A DNA stretch of 64,000 nt from Candidatus Omnitrophota bacterium (GTDB lineage Bacteria; Omnitrophota; Gorgyraeia; Velamenicoccales; JABMQK01): contig JAQTSV010000001.1 of NCBI GenBank assembly GCA_028711115.1, forward strand, positions 1,240,928-1,304,927, read 5' to 3'. The position numbers and the translations under genes were made by a program. The notes under the pieces were generated by a model, which ran no database searches, was not told the origin of the DNA, and saw only the letters and a program-made list of their open reading frames with translations. Shown here piece by piece: positions 1 through 9,840 of this stretch (within the stretch, counting starts at the first letter, position 1; each line of letters begins with the position of its first letter).

Positions 1-1035
1 ACTGTTTAGCTGATTGATTATGGAATAAAGCGTTGTAGATTTTCCGCAACCAGTAGGACCTGTAACCAGAATCATTCCGTAGGGTTTAGTCACTGCTTCC
101 TGGAATAAATGCAACGGCTCAGGAGACATATCAATGTGATCCAAGCCCACAGATAATTTAGATCTGTCTAATGTCCTCAATACAAACTTCTGGCCAAAAG
201 TAGTGGGGAGCGCGGAAACCCTGAAATCTATCTCCTTGTCTTTCAATCTTGCCTTGAATCTTCCGTCTTGCGGCAGGCGTGACTCTGTGATATCCAACCC
301 GGAGATAATTTTCAGTCTGGCAAGAATTGCATTCTGATTCTTTCTGGGTAATCTGAATACATCGTGCAGGTGCCCGTCTATACGGTAACGCACCCTTAAT
401 TCTTTCTCTGCCGGCTCAACATGTATATCAGAGGCCCTGCTCCTCATTGCTTCTATAATCAGTAAGTCCACAATGCGCACAATGGGCGCCCGCTGGCTAT
501 CTTCCAAAGTATTGCCGATATCAACAAGCTGCTCGTCTTTTATAATCTTCATGTCTTCTTCTTTGGACATCGTCATTTCGCTGATTTCCTTGACAGTGCT
601 TTCTTTGCCGTAGGCATTGTCTATTATCTTAAAGATTTCTTTTTCGCTGGCGATGACAGGATCTATTTCATATCCAGTGAGCACTTTTAAATCATCAATG
701 GCAAATATATTCAGCGGATCGAACATTGCTACAGTCAGGGTATTGCCGATTAAAGAAACAGCCACGACTTTATACTGCTTGGAAACTTTCTCGGGGATTA
801 AAGAGAAAATCTGCGGATCAATTTTATAGCGCGAAAGGTCTAAGTAAGGTATGAACAGCTCTTTTGATAAAATAGCCAATAATTCATGTTCTGTGATAAA
901 GCCTTCTTTGATTAAAATGCTTCTTAATTCCTGGCCTGTGTTTTTCTGAATCTCTAAAGCCTTGGCTAATTGCTCAGGAGTTATATTTTTGCTCTCTATG
1001 AGTATGTCCGTTAATCTTTTTTTTAATACGCCCAT
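1..1035 (-). CDS. GspE/PilB-family secretion / type IV pilus assembly ATPase; C-terminal part cut by the window edge
   Basis: Not in the ORF track because it runs off the edge. My minus-strand translation from the ATG at 1033-1035 gives MGVLKKRLTDILIESKNITPEQLAKALEIQ... (T2SSE_N-type N-domain). Bases 60-1 encode Walker A GPTGCGKSTTLYSIINQLNS. It is a paralog of the next ORF. Confidence 0.85.
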   Translation of the reverse strand, partial: MGVLKKRLTDILIESKNITPEQLAKALEIQKNTGQELRSILIKEGFITEHELLAILSKELFIPYLDLSRYKIDPQIFSLIPEKVSKQYKVVAVSLIGNTLTVAMFDPLNIFAIDDLKVLTGYEIDPVIASEKEIFKIIDNAYGKESTVKEISEMTMSKEEDMKIIKDEQLVDIGNTLEDSQRAPIVRIVDLLIIEAMRSRASDIHVEPAEKELRVRYRIDGHLHDVFRLPRKNQNAILARLKIISGLDITESRLPQDGRFKARLKDKEIDFRVSALPTTFGQKFVLRTLDRSKLSVGLDHIDMSPEPLHLFQEAVTKPYGMILVTGPTGCGKSTTLYSIINQLNS

Positions 1036-1044
1036 ATTATTTTA

Positions 1045-2772
1045 TTATTCGTTATTCTTCGCCGGCTCATCAGCAGCCGTAACGCGCAAGACTTCCTCTA
1101 AGCTGGTAAGCCCTGCAAGACACTTGGCCAGGCCGTCTTCCCTTAAAGTCTTCATACCTTCTGCCCTGGCTGTATTTTTAATTCTATATTCCTGCGCCCT
1201 CTCCAAAATTAATTCTTTTATTTTAGGACTCAACACCAGCACTTCTCCCAGAACCAACCTTCCGCTATAACCGGAATTGAAACATTTTTTGCAGCCTTTG
1301 CCCTTATAGAAAACAATATTATCTTTTGATTTCAATTGTAATTTTGATATCGCGGTGCTGACCGGAGTATAGCTTTCTTTACAATTGGGGCATATTTTTC
1401 TGACCAGCCTCTGGGCTATAATGCAGATAATCGAAGAGGTAATGAGAAAAGGCTCGACCCCCATATTCAACAAGCGCACCACTGAACTTGCCGCCGTAGA
1501 AGTATGCAGAGTGCTTAAAACGCGGTGGCCTGTCAAAGCGCTCTTTATGGCAATATCCACTGTATCAAAATCGCGAATTTCACCGATCATAATAGTATCC
1601 GGATCCTGCCTTAAGATATAACGCAGGGCACTGGCAAAAGTCAAACCTATCTCTTCTCTTATATTTACCTGATTTATACCTTCCAGCTGATATTCCACAG
1701 GATCTTCGACGGTAATAATATTATCCGTGGGAGAATCCACTTCCTTTAAAATAGAATAAAGTGTCGTGGTCTTACCCGAACCAGTGGGGCCGCAAGCCAA
1801 AATCATTCCGTGAGGCCTGTTTATGCACTTCTTTAAAGTCTCCAATGACTGTTCATCAAAACCCAACAAACTCAAATCCAAAGTGGCGGTTGATTTATCT
1901 AAAATTCTCAAAGCAACTTTTTCTCCGAAACTGGAAGGAAGTATGGAGACGCGAAAATCCACTTCCCTGTCACGCAGCTTAATCTTAAATCTTCCGTCCT
2001 GGGGAAGCCTGTGTTCGGCGATATTTAAATCTGCCATTACTTTTATGCGCGAGACTATGGAGGGATGGAATTGTTTGGGCGGAGATTCTATTTCCCTTAA
2101 AATTCCGTCGACCCTGATACGGATACGCATCGTCTTATCCAAAGGCTCAACCAAAAGGTCCGAGGCCTTCATCTCTGTGGCGCGCTCAAGCAGCATATCG
2201 GTGAGGCGGATAACCGGCGTCTCCTGGGTAAGGCGCGTCAATTCTTCCACATCCAGATCTTCCTCCTTGCCCTGCTTGATTAATTCCAGCTTCTCATCTT
2301 TAATACCGCTGACCAATTCCTCGATTACACGGGTGGTCGGTTCTTCATAATGCTCTTCGATTACCTTCAATATTTCACCCTGTTGCGCAATGATGGGATT
2401 TATATCATATCCGGTAAGTGCCTTTACATCATCAATAGCAAATATATTCAAGGGATCAGCCATGGCCAGAGTCAGAGTATTGCCTATTTTGGAAATAGGG
2501 ATAATCTGATAATGTTTTGCCGTATGTTTGGGGATTAACTTTAAGACCTGCGGATCGATAGTAAAGCGGGAAAGTGCAATCAGCGGAAGGCCAAGGCCCT
2601 GGCTTAACGCTGACATAAGATTCTTCTCGTCGATTAAATTTAATTTGATAAGAATTTCGCTGAGCCTGCCGCCTTGTTCTTTCTGTACTCTGAGTGCTAA
2701 ATTTATATCATCTTCGCTTAAAACCTTATTCTTTATAAAAATTTCTGTGAGCTTCTGCCTGAGGGATATCAT
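1045..2772 (-). CDS. GspE/PilB-family secretion / type IV pilus assembly ATPase (575 aa)
   Basis: T2SSE_N-like N-terminus, Walker A GPTGSGKTTT, Walker B-like region IMIGEIRD, and a tetracysteine CPNC...CKKC. The length is typical of PilB/GspE. Confidence 0.9.
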   Translation of the reverse strand: MISLRQKLTEIFIKNKVLSEDDINLALRVQKEQGGRLSEILIKLNLIDEKNLMSALSQGLGLPLIALSRFTIDPQVLKLIPKHTAKHYQIIPISKIGNTLTLAMADPLNIFAIDDVKALTGYDINPIIAQQGEILKVIEEHYEEPTTRVIEELVSGIKDEKLELIKQGKEEDLDVEELTRLTQETPVIRLTDMLLERATEMKASDLLVEPLDKTMRIRIRVDGILREIESPPKQFHPSIVSRIKVMADLNIAEHRLPQDGRFKIKLRDREVDFRVSILPSSFGEKVALRILDKSTATLDLSLLGFDEQSLETLKKCINRPHGMILACGPTGSGKTTTLYSILKEVDSPTDNIITVEDPVEYQLEGINQVNIREEIGLTFASALRYILRQDPDTIMIGEIRDFDTVDIAIKSALTGHRVLSTLHTSTAASSVVRLLNMGVEPFLITSSIICIIAQRLVRKICPNCKESYTPVSTAISKLQLKSKDNIVFYKGKGCKKCFNSGYSGRLVLGEVLVLSPKIKELILERAQEYRIKNTARAEGMKTLREDGLAKCLAGLTSLEEVLRVTAADEPAKNNE

Positions 2773-3218
2773 TTATTCTTATAGTATTTTGCGATTGCAT
2801 TACGGATATCTGTAGTGGTAGCTACAAATATCTGCACCGTGCACTTGGTAAGTTCTTCTATATCTTCTACAGCTTCCTGATTTAAAGGATTGCTCATCGC
2901 TATTGTCAGATTGCCACCAATTTTATCAATAGGTATAAGGCAATATTGTGCGCAGACATTTTCGGGAATAATTTTTACAATCTCCGGCCCTATCTCATAA
3001 TTTGCCAAAGGCAGGTAAGGAAAACCGTATTGCGCAGTTACCGCCTGGGCGATATTTTCCTCTTTGACCAATCCCAACTCTACCAAAATCTCGCCGATTA
3101 AGCCGCCTCTTTCCCTCTGAATATCTAAGGCCTTATCACAATCTTTCTTGGAGATGACTTTTCTCTCTATGAGCAGCTCGCCTAAGAGTTTCTCCGTAGT
3201 TTTCTTCAAAGAATACAT
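2769..3218 (-). CDS. Stand-alone T2SSE_N (MshEN-like) domain protein, 149 aa, no ATPase domain
   Basis: Residues 11-63 are LLGELLIERKVISKKDCDKALDIQ-RERGG-LIGEILVELGLVKEENIAQAVTAQ. This resembles the N-domain of the two neighbouring ATPases. There is a 4-nt overlap with the downstream ATPase gene. Confidence 0.7.
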   Translation of the reverse strand: MYSLKKTTEKLLGELLIERKVISKKDCDKALDIQRERGGLIGEILVELGLVKEENIAQAVTAQYGFPYLPLANYEIGPEIVKIIPENVCAQYCLIPIDKIGGNLTIAMSNPLNQEAVEDIEELTKCTVQIFVATTTDIRNAIAKYYKNK

Positions 3219-3248
3219 ACAGTTAATCCTTGGTTAAAATTTATCCTC

Positions 3249-4667
3249 TTAAGACTTGGCCGCGTCTTTTTCCTGCTTGGCCGACTTTAACACTTTTTCT
3301 GCTTTCTCGACTAAGTCCTTGGCGCAAGCGCCATCTATGGGATTTTCCGATACAGCCATTGAAATCGTAAGATGTTTCTTCCATTTTTCTTCTTGATTAA
3401 AAAATTCCAATATTTTCTTCCTGATTTCCTCGGCCACCGATACCGACTGCTTTTTATTCTTTTCCGGTAGTATGACACCAAAATCGCTGTCGCCGTATCT
3501 GGCTACCCTGTCTATTTCGCGGCAACTCTTTTCTATTATCCTGGAGACCTTCTTGAGAACCTCTTCGCCAGCCAGCTGGCCGAAAGAATTCAAGAATTCA
3601 TTAAAATTATCGATTGCAAAAAGCACAAACGCACACGGCCTCTGATAAATCATCGCTCTTTTTATCTCTTCGTCCAATCTGCTTATAATGAAAGATTTAT
3701 TATACAGACTGGTGAGGGCATCTTTTATTTCTAATTTCTGCAGGCGGTTTGCCAAATAATCATTCTCTATGGCAATGGATACCTGTTTGGCAAATACCTG
3801 TAATAATTCTAAATCATCATTGGTATATTCTATTTCGGAATGGGAATTTCCTACTCCCAAAAATCCTATAATTCTGGCATGGCGGAATACCGGCATAAAA
3901 ACAGCGTGGTCCGTACCGAACATTTCTCTTAACTGTTCTGATTTGGTATCATTCGATCCTTTAGTTATAAGCCAGCCGTTTTTATTCAAAAGTATGCCGT
4001 CAAAAATTTTCCTCGCTCCATCTTTTTCTAACGACTCCTGCAATGCATCTGAGATGCCCTGCTGGGAGCAAATCTTAAAAGAATTATTCTCGTCATTCTT
4101 CATAATCAAAATTACCCAGGTGGAACTTTTTAGCTGCAATAACTTGCTTATGGAAACTTCAAAAACCTCAGTTAAACTTGCCCCCTGGGTAATCAAATTG
4201 CTGATTTGCAATAATCCGGAAAGCACTACTACGCGTTTATTTATTTCCGAATTTATCTGTTTGGTGCGCTCTCCATAACTCCTCAGTTCATCCATGTTAT
4301 CGCGTATATGGCGGGTAATCTGGTTGAGGGCACTGCTTAAATCTCCGATTTCATCTTCCCGGTATATCTCTATGGTCTTGTTGAAATTGCCATTGGCAAT
4401 GTTCTTTACTTCAGAACTTATCGTCACAATGGGATCGACTATCTGCTTTGCCAGCAAAAAACCCGTGCCGGCAATCACAACACAGATAAGCAAAGATATA
4501 ATTATCTGCAGGTCGGAAAAAGGTATCTTGGCAATATAAGGATTGTAAATAAAGAATAAATAGACACACACCAAAAGAGGTATGACAGACATAAGGCTGA
4601 AGGCAACTCTTAGTTTATAATGTAGTCCCCTGCTGGTTAAGGAAAGGCTTTTATTTATCCGACCCAT
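3249..4667 (-). CDS. Membrane-anchored HAMP-GAF-GGDEF family protein with a degenerate active-site motif
   Basis: Two N-terminal hydrophobic segments. HAMP-like AKQIVDPIVTISSEVKNIANGNF...EIGDLSSALNQ. GAF-like ...IIGFLGVGNSH...LLQVFAKQVSIAIEN. The C-terminal GGDEF fold reads REIDRVARYGDSDFGVILPE (GDSDF in place of GGDEF). Confidence 0.8.
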   Translation of the reverse strand: MGRINKSLSLTSRGLHYKLRVAFSLMSVIPLLVCVYLFFIYNPYIAKIPFSDLQIIISLLICVVIAGTGFLLAKQIVDPIVTISSEVKNIANGNFNKTIEIYREDEIGDLSSALNQITRHIRDNMDELRSYGERTKQINSEINKRVVVLSGLLQISNLITQGASLTEVFEVSISKLLQLKSSTWVILIMKNDENNSFKICSQQGISDALQESLEKDGARKIFDGILLNKNGWLITKGSNDTKSEQLREMFGTDHAVFMPVFRHARIIGFLGVGNSHSEIEYTNDDLELLQVFAKQVSIAIENDYLANRLQKLEIKDALTSLYNKSFIISRLDEEIKRAMIYQRPCAFVLFAIDNFNEFLNSFGQLAGEEVLKKVSRIIEKSCREIDRVARYGDSDFGVILPEKNKKQSVSVAEEIRKKILEFFNQEEKWKKHLTISMAVSENPIDGACAKDLVEKAEKVLKSAKQEKDAAKS

Positions 4668-4740
4668 TGGACACCCCTTTCTTTCAAATGGAAATTTATC
4701 ATCTCTTATATATATCCATAACTATATATTATATTAAAAA

Positions 4741-6504
4741 TTATGTCAATGCTTTTTGAAATTCATCTCTTAGATATTGCTTATTGATCCCTGTGTCGAT
4801 AAAATCCCAAACCAGCTTTTTATCTAAGCCTAATGGCCGTGTGGCAAATTCCTCGATATCCAAGCCGTGTTCAGAAAAAGATTGACGCCAATTCTCAAAA
4901 TTAAAACATTCCCTCCACTGGTCAAACTGCGCGCCTTTGTTAAAAGCTGAAATAATTACCCGCGATAAATCACGGTGGCCACGCGCTAATGCCGCCTCAA
5001 GGATGCTGATATTTACATTGCTGAAATTCATCATTAAAAATTTGTATTTCTTGTCATAAATAGCCCGTTTGAGATACATCTGTTTCTCTTTAATCTCTCC
5101 AATCTTGGCCATATTCAGCCATTGAAACGGCGTGTGCGGCTTGGGGATGAATGTGCCGATACTCAAATTTATCTCTGCGGCCTGACCACATAATTCTCTT
5201 CTTAACTGCGACAACTTATAGGATAAATCCACAATTGCATCCAAGTCTTTATAATCTTCCGTAGGCAAACCAATCATAAAGTATAATTTTATCCTGCGGT
5301 ATCCGGACTTAAAGGCATCTCTGGCTGCATCGAATAACTCCTCGCTATTAATATCTTTATTTATTATCTTGCGCAACCTTTCTGTGCCGGCCTCCGGTGC
5401 AAAAGTAAATCCTGTCTTTTTCTGGGAAGATATGACTTGAGGGATATCACCGATTATATATTTTGGCCTGATCGAAGGCAAAGCCACACTAACGGCATTT
5501 TTTCTGAAATATTCTATCAAAAACTTTACTATCTTTTCTATCTGCGGATGGTCCGAGCTGGATAAAGACAATAAAGATATCTGCTCATATCCTGAGATTT
5601 TATAAAATCTCTTGGCTAAAGCAAAAATATTCTTTGCAGACCTTATGCGCAGAGGAAAAAAATAACTCCTTGCCTGGCAGAAACGACAACGATGCGCGCA
5701 GCCGCGCATAATCTCTATACCGATTCTGTCGTGTATAACTTCTATATTCGGCACAATCCAGTTAAGGCATTGCAAATTTCTGTTTAAGTCTTTTACATGG
5801 ACTTTTCTGATAACCGCGGGTGCTTCTTTTTTCAAAGGCGCAAATTCTTTTACCGTCATGTCGCTGTTATATTCCACGCGATAAAATTGAGGCACGTATA
5901 CGCCGGGTATCTGACACAACTCAGTCAACAGCTCTTGTTTATTTTTGCAAACTTCACCATATTTATGTTTAAACTTTTTGCATATTTTTACTACGTCCAG
6001 AATTACCTCTTCGGCCTCTCCGATAATAAAAAGGTCAAAAAAATCCGCCAATGGCTCGGGATTCAAAGTGCAATTTCCGCCGCCTATGATTAGAGGAAAA
6101 CCACTCGTTCTGTCTTTGGACATAAACGGGATATCGCTCAGAGAAAGCATAGTCAAAACATTGGTATAATTTAATTCATTGTTAACGGAAAAACCTATGA
6201 CATCAAAATCCCTCAATGGAATTCCGGATTCCAGCGAACTTAACTTCAGCGAACTTTCCTTGAGCACCTGCTGAAAATCCGGCCAGGGACAAAATGCGCG
6301 CTCACAGAGCAGATCTCTCTGTGAATTCAATACGTCGTATAAAATTCTTACGCCCAGATTACTCATACCCACTTCGTAAATTTCCGGAAAACAAAGGCAG
6401 CTAGTAAGCTTAACTTTGGAATGGTCTTTTTTCACGGCATTCCACTCCTGGCCTGTATAACGGCCCGGCCGCATCGCTTTCATTAAGATATCGCGGGATA
6501 ACAT
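4741..6504 (-). CDS. Radical SAM protein with an N-terminal B12-binding-like domain (TIGR03960-like, uncharacterised)
   Basis: CxxxCxxC cluster motif in EIMRGCAHRCRFCQA. It is 587 aa long and sits next to rodA. Confidence 0.7.
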   Translation of the reverse strand: MLSRDILMKAMRPGRYTGQEWNAVKKDHSKVKLTSCLCFPEIYEVGMSNLGVRILYDVLNSQRDLLCERAFCPWPDFQQVLKESSLKLSSLESGIPLRDFDVIGFSVNNELNYTNVLTMLSLSDIPFMSKDRTSGFPLIIGGGNCTLNPEPLADFFDLFIIGEAEEVILDVVKICKKFKHKYGEVCKNKQELLTELCQIPGVYVPQFYRVEYNSDMTVKEFAPLKKEAPAVIRKVHVKDLNRNLQCLNWIVPNIEVIHDRIGIEIMRGCAHRCRFCQARSYFFPLRIRSAKNIFALAKRFYKISGYEQISLLSLSSSDHPQIEKIVKFLIEYFRKNAVSVALPSIRPKYIIGDIPQVISSQKKTGFTFAPEAGTERLRKIINKDINSEELFDAARDAFKSGYRRIKLYFMIGLPTEDYKDLDAIVDLSYKLSQLRRELCGQAAEINLSIGTFIPKPHTPFQWLNMAKIGEIKEKQMYLKRAIYDKKYKFLMMNFSNVNISILEAALARGHRDLSRVIISAFNKGAQFDQWRECFNFENWRQSFSEHGLDIEEFATRPLGLDKKLVWDFIDTGINKQYLRDEFQKALT

Positions 6505-6552
6505 AACGTTTTGGTTCTGTTTATTAAATTCCCCTGGAATAAAAATAGATTG

Positions 6553-7647
6553 TTAAAGAGATTTACTGATGTTTAACACTATGCCAATCAACAAAAGAAA
6601 ACTTACTAAAGAAGAACCGCCATAACTTATAAACGGTAATGGTAGGCCTACAACCGGCATAAATCCGATAGTCATAGCAATATTAATAAAAGATTGGATG
6701 AATATCAAACTGGCAATGCATAAACATAAATTCTTGGCAAAAGGATCATGCGCCAATGAAGAAAGCATCAATATCCTTTTTACTAAAACATAAAACAAAA
6801 TAATTAAAACCACGCTGCCAAAAAATCCCCACTCTTCTCCGATGGTGGAAAAAATAAAGTCAGTATGCCTTTCCGGCAGAAAATTCAGTTGATTTTGTGT
6901 CCCTGAAAGCCAGCCTTTGCCCAAAAGGCCGCCCGAGCCCACGGCTATCTTGGATTGTATAATCGTATAGCCTGCGCCCAGGGGGTCGCGGCTGGGATTT
7001 AAAAATACCAGCAGCCTATCTCTCTGGTATCCGCGCAACAAAGACCATAAAAACGGGCTGGCAATTAATCCTGAACATATAAAAATAATAATATAGCGAA
7101 TCCTCACCCCCACAAAAAAGATTAAGGACATAAATATAAAGAAATAAATTATTGCCGTGCCTAAATCCGGCTGAATCAGAACCAAAAGAGCAAGAACGCC
7201 GGTTACAAATAAAGGAAATACAAAACCTCTGGCCAAGGAAAACCTGTTCTTGAAAATTTTTAATTCTTCGAAAGACTTCTGGCTGAAATAACGCGCCAAT
7301 ACCAGAATAATCGCCAACTTACCAAACTCAGAAGGCTGAAAATTAAAACCGCCCAATTCCAGCCACCTCTGTGCACCGAGCCTGGTGCGGCCAAAAATCA
7401 AAACCACAATCAAAGCCAGGATGGTAAAAACATATAACAGCCAGGCAAAATCCCACAATTTGCGATAATCGATCATATAAAAAACAAAAGAAAGAAACAA
7501 ACCGATGATAATCCAGATAATCTGCCTGTAAAATATGGATTGAAGGACAAACTCTCCCTTCTGATGACAGCTGCTATACAGCGTCAATACAGAAAATGCC
7601 ACAATGATTATTGTAATAAACAAAATCATTTTATCCGTCTTATGCAT
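6553..7647 (-). CDS. rodA: SEDS-family peptidoglycan polymerase RodA
   Basis: A roughly 10-TM FtsW/RodA-type sequence (QPSEFGKLAIIL, PERHTDFIFS, GLPLPFISYGGSS), immediately downstream of the PBP2 gene. Confidence 0.85.
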   Translation of the reverse strand: MHKTDKMILFITIIIVAFSVLTLYSSCHQKGEFVLQSIFYRQIIWIIIGLFLSFVFYMIDYRKLWDFAWLLYVFTILALIVVLIFGRTRLGAQRWLELGGFNFQPSEFGKLAIILVLARYFSQKSFEELKIFKNRFSLARGFVFPLFVTGVLALLVLIQPDLGTAIIYFFIFMSLIFFVGVRIRYIIIFICSGLIASPFLWSLLRGYQRDRLLVFLNPSRDPLGAGYTIIQSKIAVGSGGLLGKGWLSGTQNQLNFLPERHTDFIFSTIGEEWGFFGSVVLIILFYVLVKRILMLSSLAHDPFAKNLCLCIASLIFIQSFINIAMTIGFMPVVGLPLPFISYGGSSLVSFLLLIGIVLNISKSL

Positions 7648-9350
7648 CAGATTAAACCCTGCTTGGACATCTCTTCTAAAATCCTTTCAGCTGCCGTACA
7701 GGCCACATGGCTTGAGCCGACATTTTCCAGAAAAACACAGAATGCATATTTTGGTTTATCTCTGCCGACATATCCCACCAGCCAGCCATGCGCTGCCTTG
7801 CCGTGTACCTGGGCTGTGCCGGTTTTGCCATAGATTCTCAATCCTTCCACTCGCGCTGTATAGGCAGTGCCTTCAGGATTATTTACTACGCCGTATAAAT
7901 AACTATCTATATTTTTCAATACATCTTTTTTTATAGTCACAGATTTATTCTTACCTATAAAATTTTTATTGCCGATTGCCTTTATCAAATGAGGATGCAC
8001 CAATTCTCCGCCGTTGGCAAATACAGATACCATCCTGGCCAGTTGCAAAGGAGTAACCAGTACTTCTCCCTGGCCGATAGCCATATTGGCTGTGTCGCCT
8101 TTACTCCAACTCTGGAACATAATTACTTTTTTCCAGTTGACAGAAGGGATAAAACCGGCAGCCTCATAATTTAAATCTATGCCTGTCCTTCTGCTTAATC
8201 CTAAGACAGAGGCATACTTGTGGAGAATATCCGGACCGATAAGCATTCCCAAGCTATAGAAATAGACATTGCAAGAATGAATAACAGCATCTCTTAAGTT
8301 CTCCGCGCCATGCGTCGATGAACAATTATAAGTCCGATTTCCAATCTGCATACTTCCGTTGCAGACAAAAGTTTTATTTGTCAAAGAGGCATCTTTTTCT
8401 AACGCAGATGTAGTAGTTACTATTTTAAATACCGAGCCCGGCGGATATTGGCCAGCTATGGCTCTGTTAAAAAGCGGAGAGCGTCTGTCTTGCAACAAAC
8501 TTCTTATAACGCTGTCGTTTCCTTTTACAAAATCATTGGGATCATAACTGGGATAACTGCTCAAGGCAATTACGTCGCCCGAGTAAGGATCCAGAATCAC
8601 CACTGCGCCTCTTGTGCCATGCATAACGTCGTCGGCTATCTTTTGTATGCGCATATCCAGTGTAATCTGTATGTCCTGGCCGGACTGCGGCGGTTTGTAT
8701 CCTACTGTCCTTACTCTCTGCCCGCGATTATCGACTTCGACCTGCTCGCCGCCATTCTCTCCTCTTAAAACCAAATCATAATATTCTTCCACGCCGCCAT
8801 AACCGACCAAATCGCTCATCTCATATCCGTAAGGCTTTAATTTGGTAATGCGGTAACTATCAATCTGTCCCAAATGGCCCAGGACGTGTGAGGTGGCTTT
8901 GCCAAAAGGATAAAATCTCAGCGGTCTGATATCAACCACCACGCCGGGAAGCTGTAACTTATTTTCTTCTAAGGCAATAATCTCGTTTTTGTCTAACTTT
9001 TCGGATATAATTACCGGCACAAAAGGATTGAGGTATCTTCTCTGATAAATCTGCCTTATCTCCTCAAAAGGCATGCCTAAAATTTTGGAGAGCCTTTCAA
9101 AAAGCAAGGGTTTGTTTCTGACTTCCTGTGGTATTATGGAGACGTCGAAGGAAGGTATGGTGTCCGCAAGGACTACGCCATTTCTGTCTAAGATTCTGCC
9201 GCGCGCAGCTTCCAGCGAAATAACGCGGATGACATTTCTTCTGCTCTGATTATAGAAATATTCTCCCTGAATAACCTGCCTGTAGAATAATCCTAAAATC
9301 AAAGTTATAAAAAGAACCTTGAAGACTATAAGAGTCTGTCGATAACGCAT
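7647..9350 (-). CDS. mrdA: Penicillin-binding protein 2 (class B transpeptidase, elongasome)
   Basis: SxxK (PGSVFKIVT), SxN (HSCN) and KTG (GKTGTAQ) motifs. It lies between mreD and rodA. Confidence 0.85.
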   Translation of the reverse strand: MRYRQTLIVFKVLFITLILGLFYRQVIQGEYFYNQSRRNVIRVISLEAARGRILDRNGVVLADTIPSFDVSIIPQEVRNKPLLFERLSKILGMPFEEIRQIYQRRYLNPFVPVIISEKLDKNEIIALEENKLQLPGVVVDIRPLRFYPFGKATSHVLGHLGQIDSYRITKLKPYGYEMSDLVGYGGVEEYYDLVLRGENGGEQVEVDNRGQRVRTVGYKPPQSGQDIQITLDMRIQKIADDVMHGTRGAVVILDPYSGDVIALSSYPSYDPNDFVKGNDSVIRSLLQDRRSPLFNRAIAGQYPPGSVFKIVTTTSALEKDASLTNKTFVCNGSMQIGNRTYNCSSTHGAENLRDAVIHSCNVYFYSLGMLIGPDILHKYASVLGLSRRTGIDLNYEAAGFIPSVNWKKVIMFQSWSKGDTANMAIGQGEVLVTPLQLARMVSVFANGGELVHPHLIKAIGNKNFIGKNKSVTIKKDVLKNIDSYLYGVVNNPEGTAYTARVEGLRIYGKTGTAQVHGKAAHGWLVGYVGRDKPKYAFCVFLENVGSSHVACTAAERILEEMSKQGLI

Positions 9351-9811
9351 CGCTTTATAACTTTAAAGAAGATAAAGAATATGACCAACCCGTATATTAT
9401 TTCTAAAATTAATGTTTTCCAGGGTAGAGACGCCAGCGATAAATCCCCGCCAAAGAAAAAATCCTGAATTGCTACATAGATGACACCCTGGCCTATGGTG
9501 GCTAAAATAAACAAAGGAATAATAAAAATCCAGTTATAACGTAAAAACTTTTGCGAAATGTAGCTTAAACTTATGCCCAGGCAGGAAAATATAAACATAT
9601 GCGTCCCGAAAGATGCGATGCTAAAAATATCTTTCAAAAAACCACAGAACAGGCAAAACAAAACCACTTTTAATTTATCAAAATTAAAATAAAAACTAAA
9701 GATTGTCACTAAAAGTAAAATTAAATTCGGTTTGACAGAGAAAAACTGGAAGTGATTAAAAAATGCTGTCTCCAGAAATATGAATATTGAGGCAAAAAGA
9801 TAAAACCACAT
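9326..9811 (-). CDS. mreD: Rod shape-determining protein MreD
   Basis: A small polytopic membrane protein directly after mreC. The call is by position and size, and the sequence is poorly conserved. Confidence 0.65.
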   Translation of the reverse strand: MWFYLFASIFIFLETAFFNHFQFFSVKPNLILLLVTIFSFYFNFDKLKVVLFCLFCGFLKDIFSIASFGTHMFIFSCLGISLSYISQKFLRYNWIFIIPLFILATIGQGVIYVAIQDFFFGGDLSLASLPWKTLILEIIYGLVIFFIFFKVIKRCVIDRLL

Positions 9812-9840
9812 GACAGGTTAAATTAACAATAAGGTTTGTG

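Noticed and set aside
1823-2350. A 175-aa plus-strand ORF. Many similar plus-strand ORFs exist, for example 3769-4278, 9890-10231, 10655-11023, 13679-14128, 17782-18159, 18377-18772, 38893-39240 and 59232-59675.
   Set aside because: All lie antisense inside well-supported minus-strand genes. Their translations are low-complexity (S/L/I/F-rich) with no recognisable motifs. These are typical shadow ORFs.
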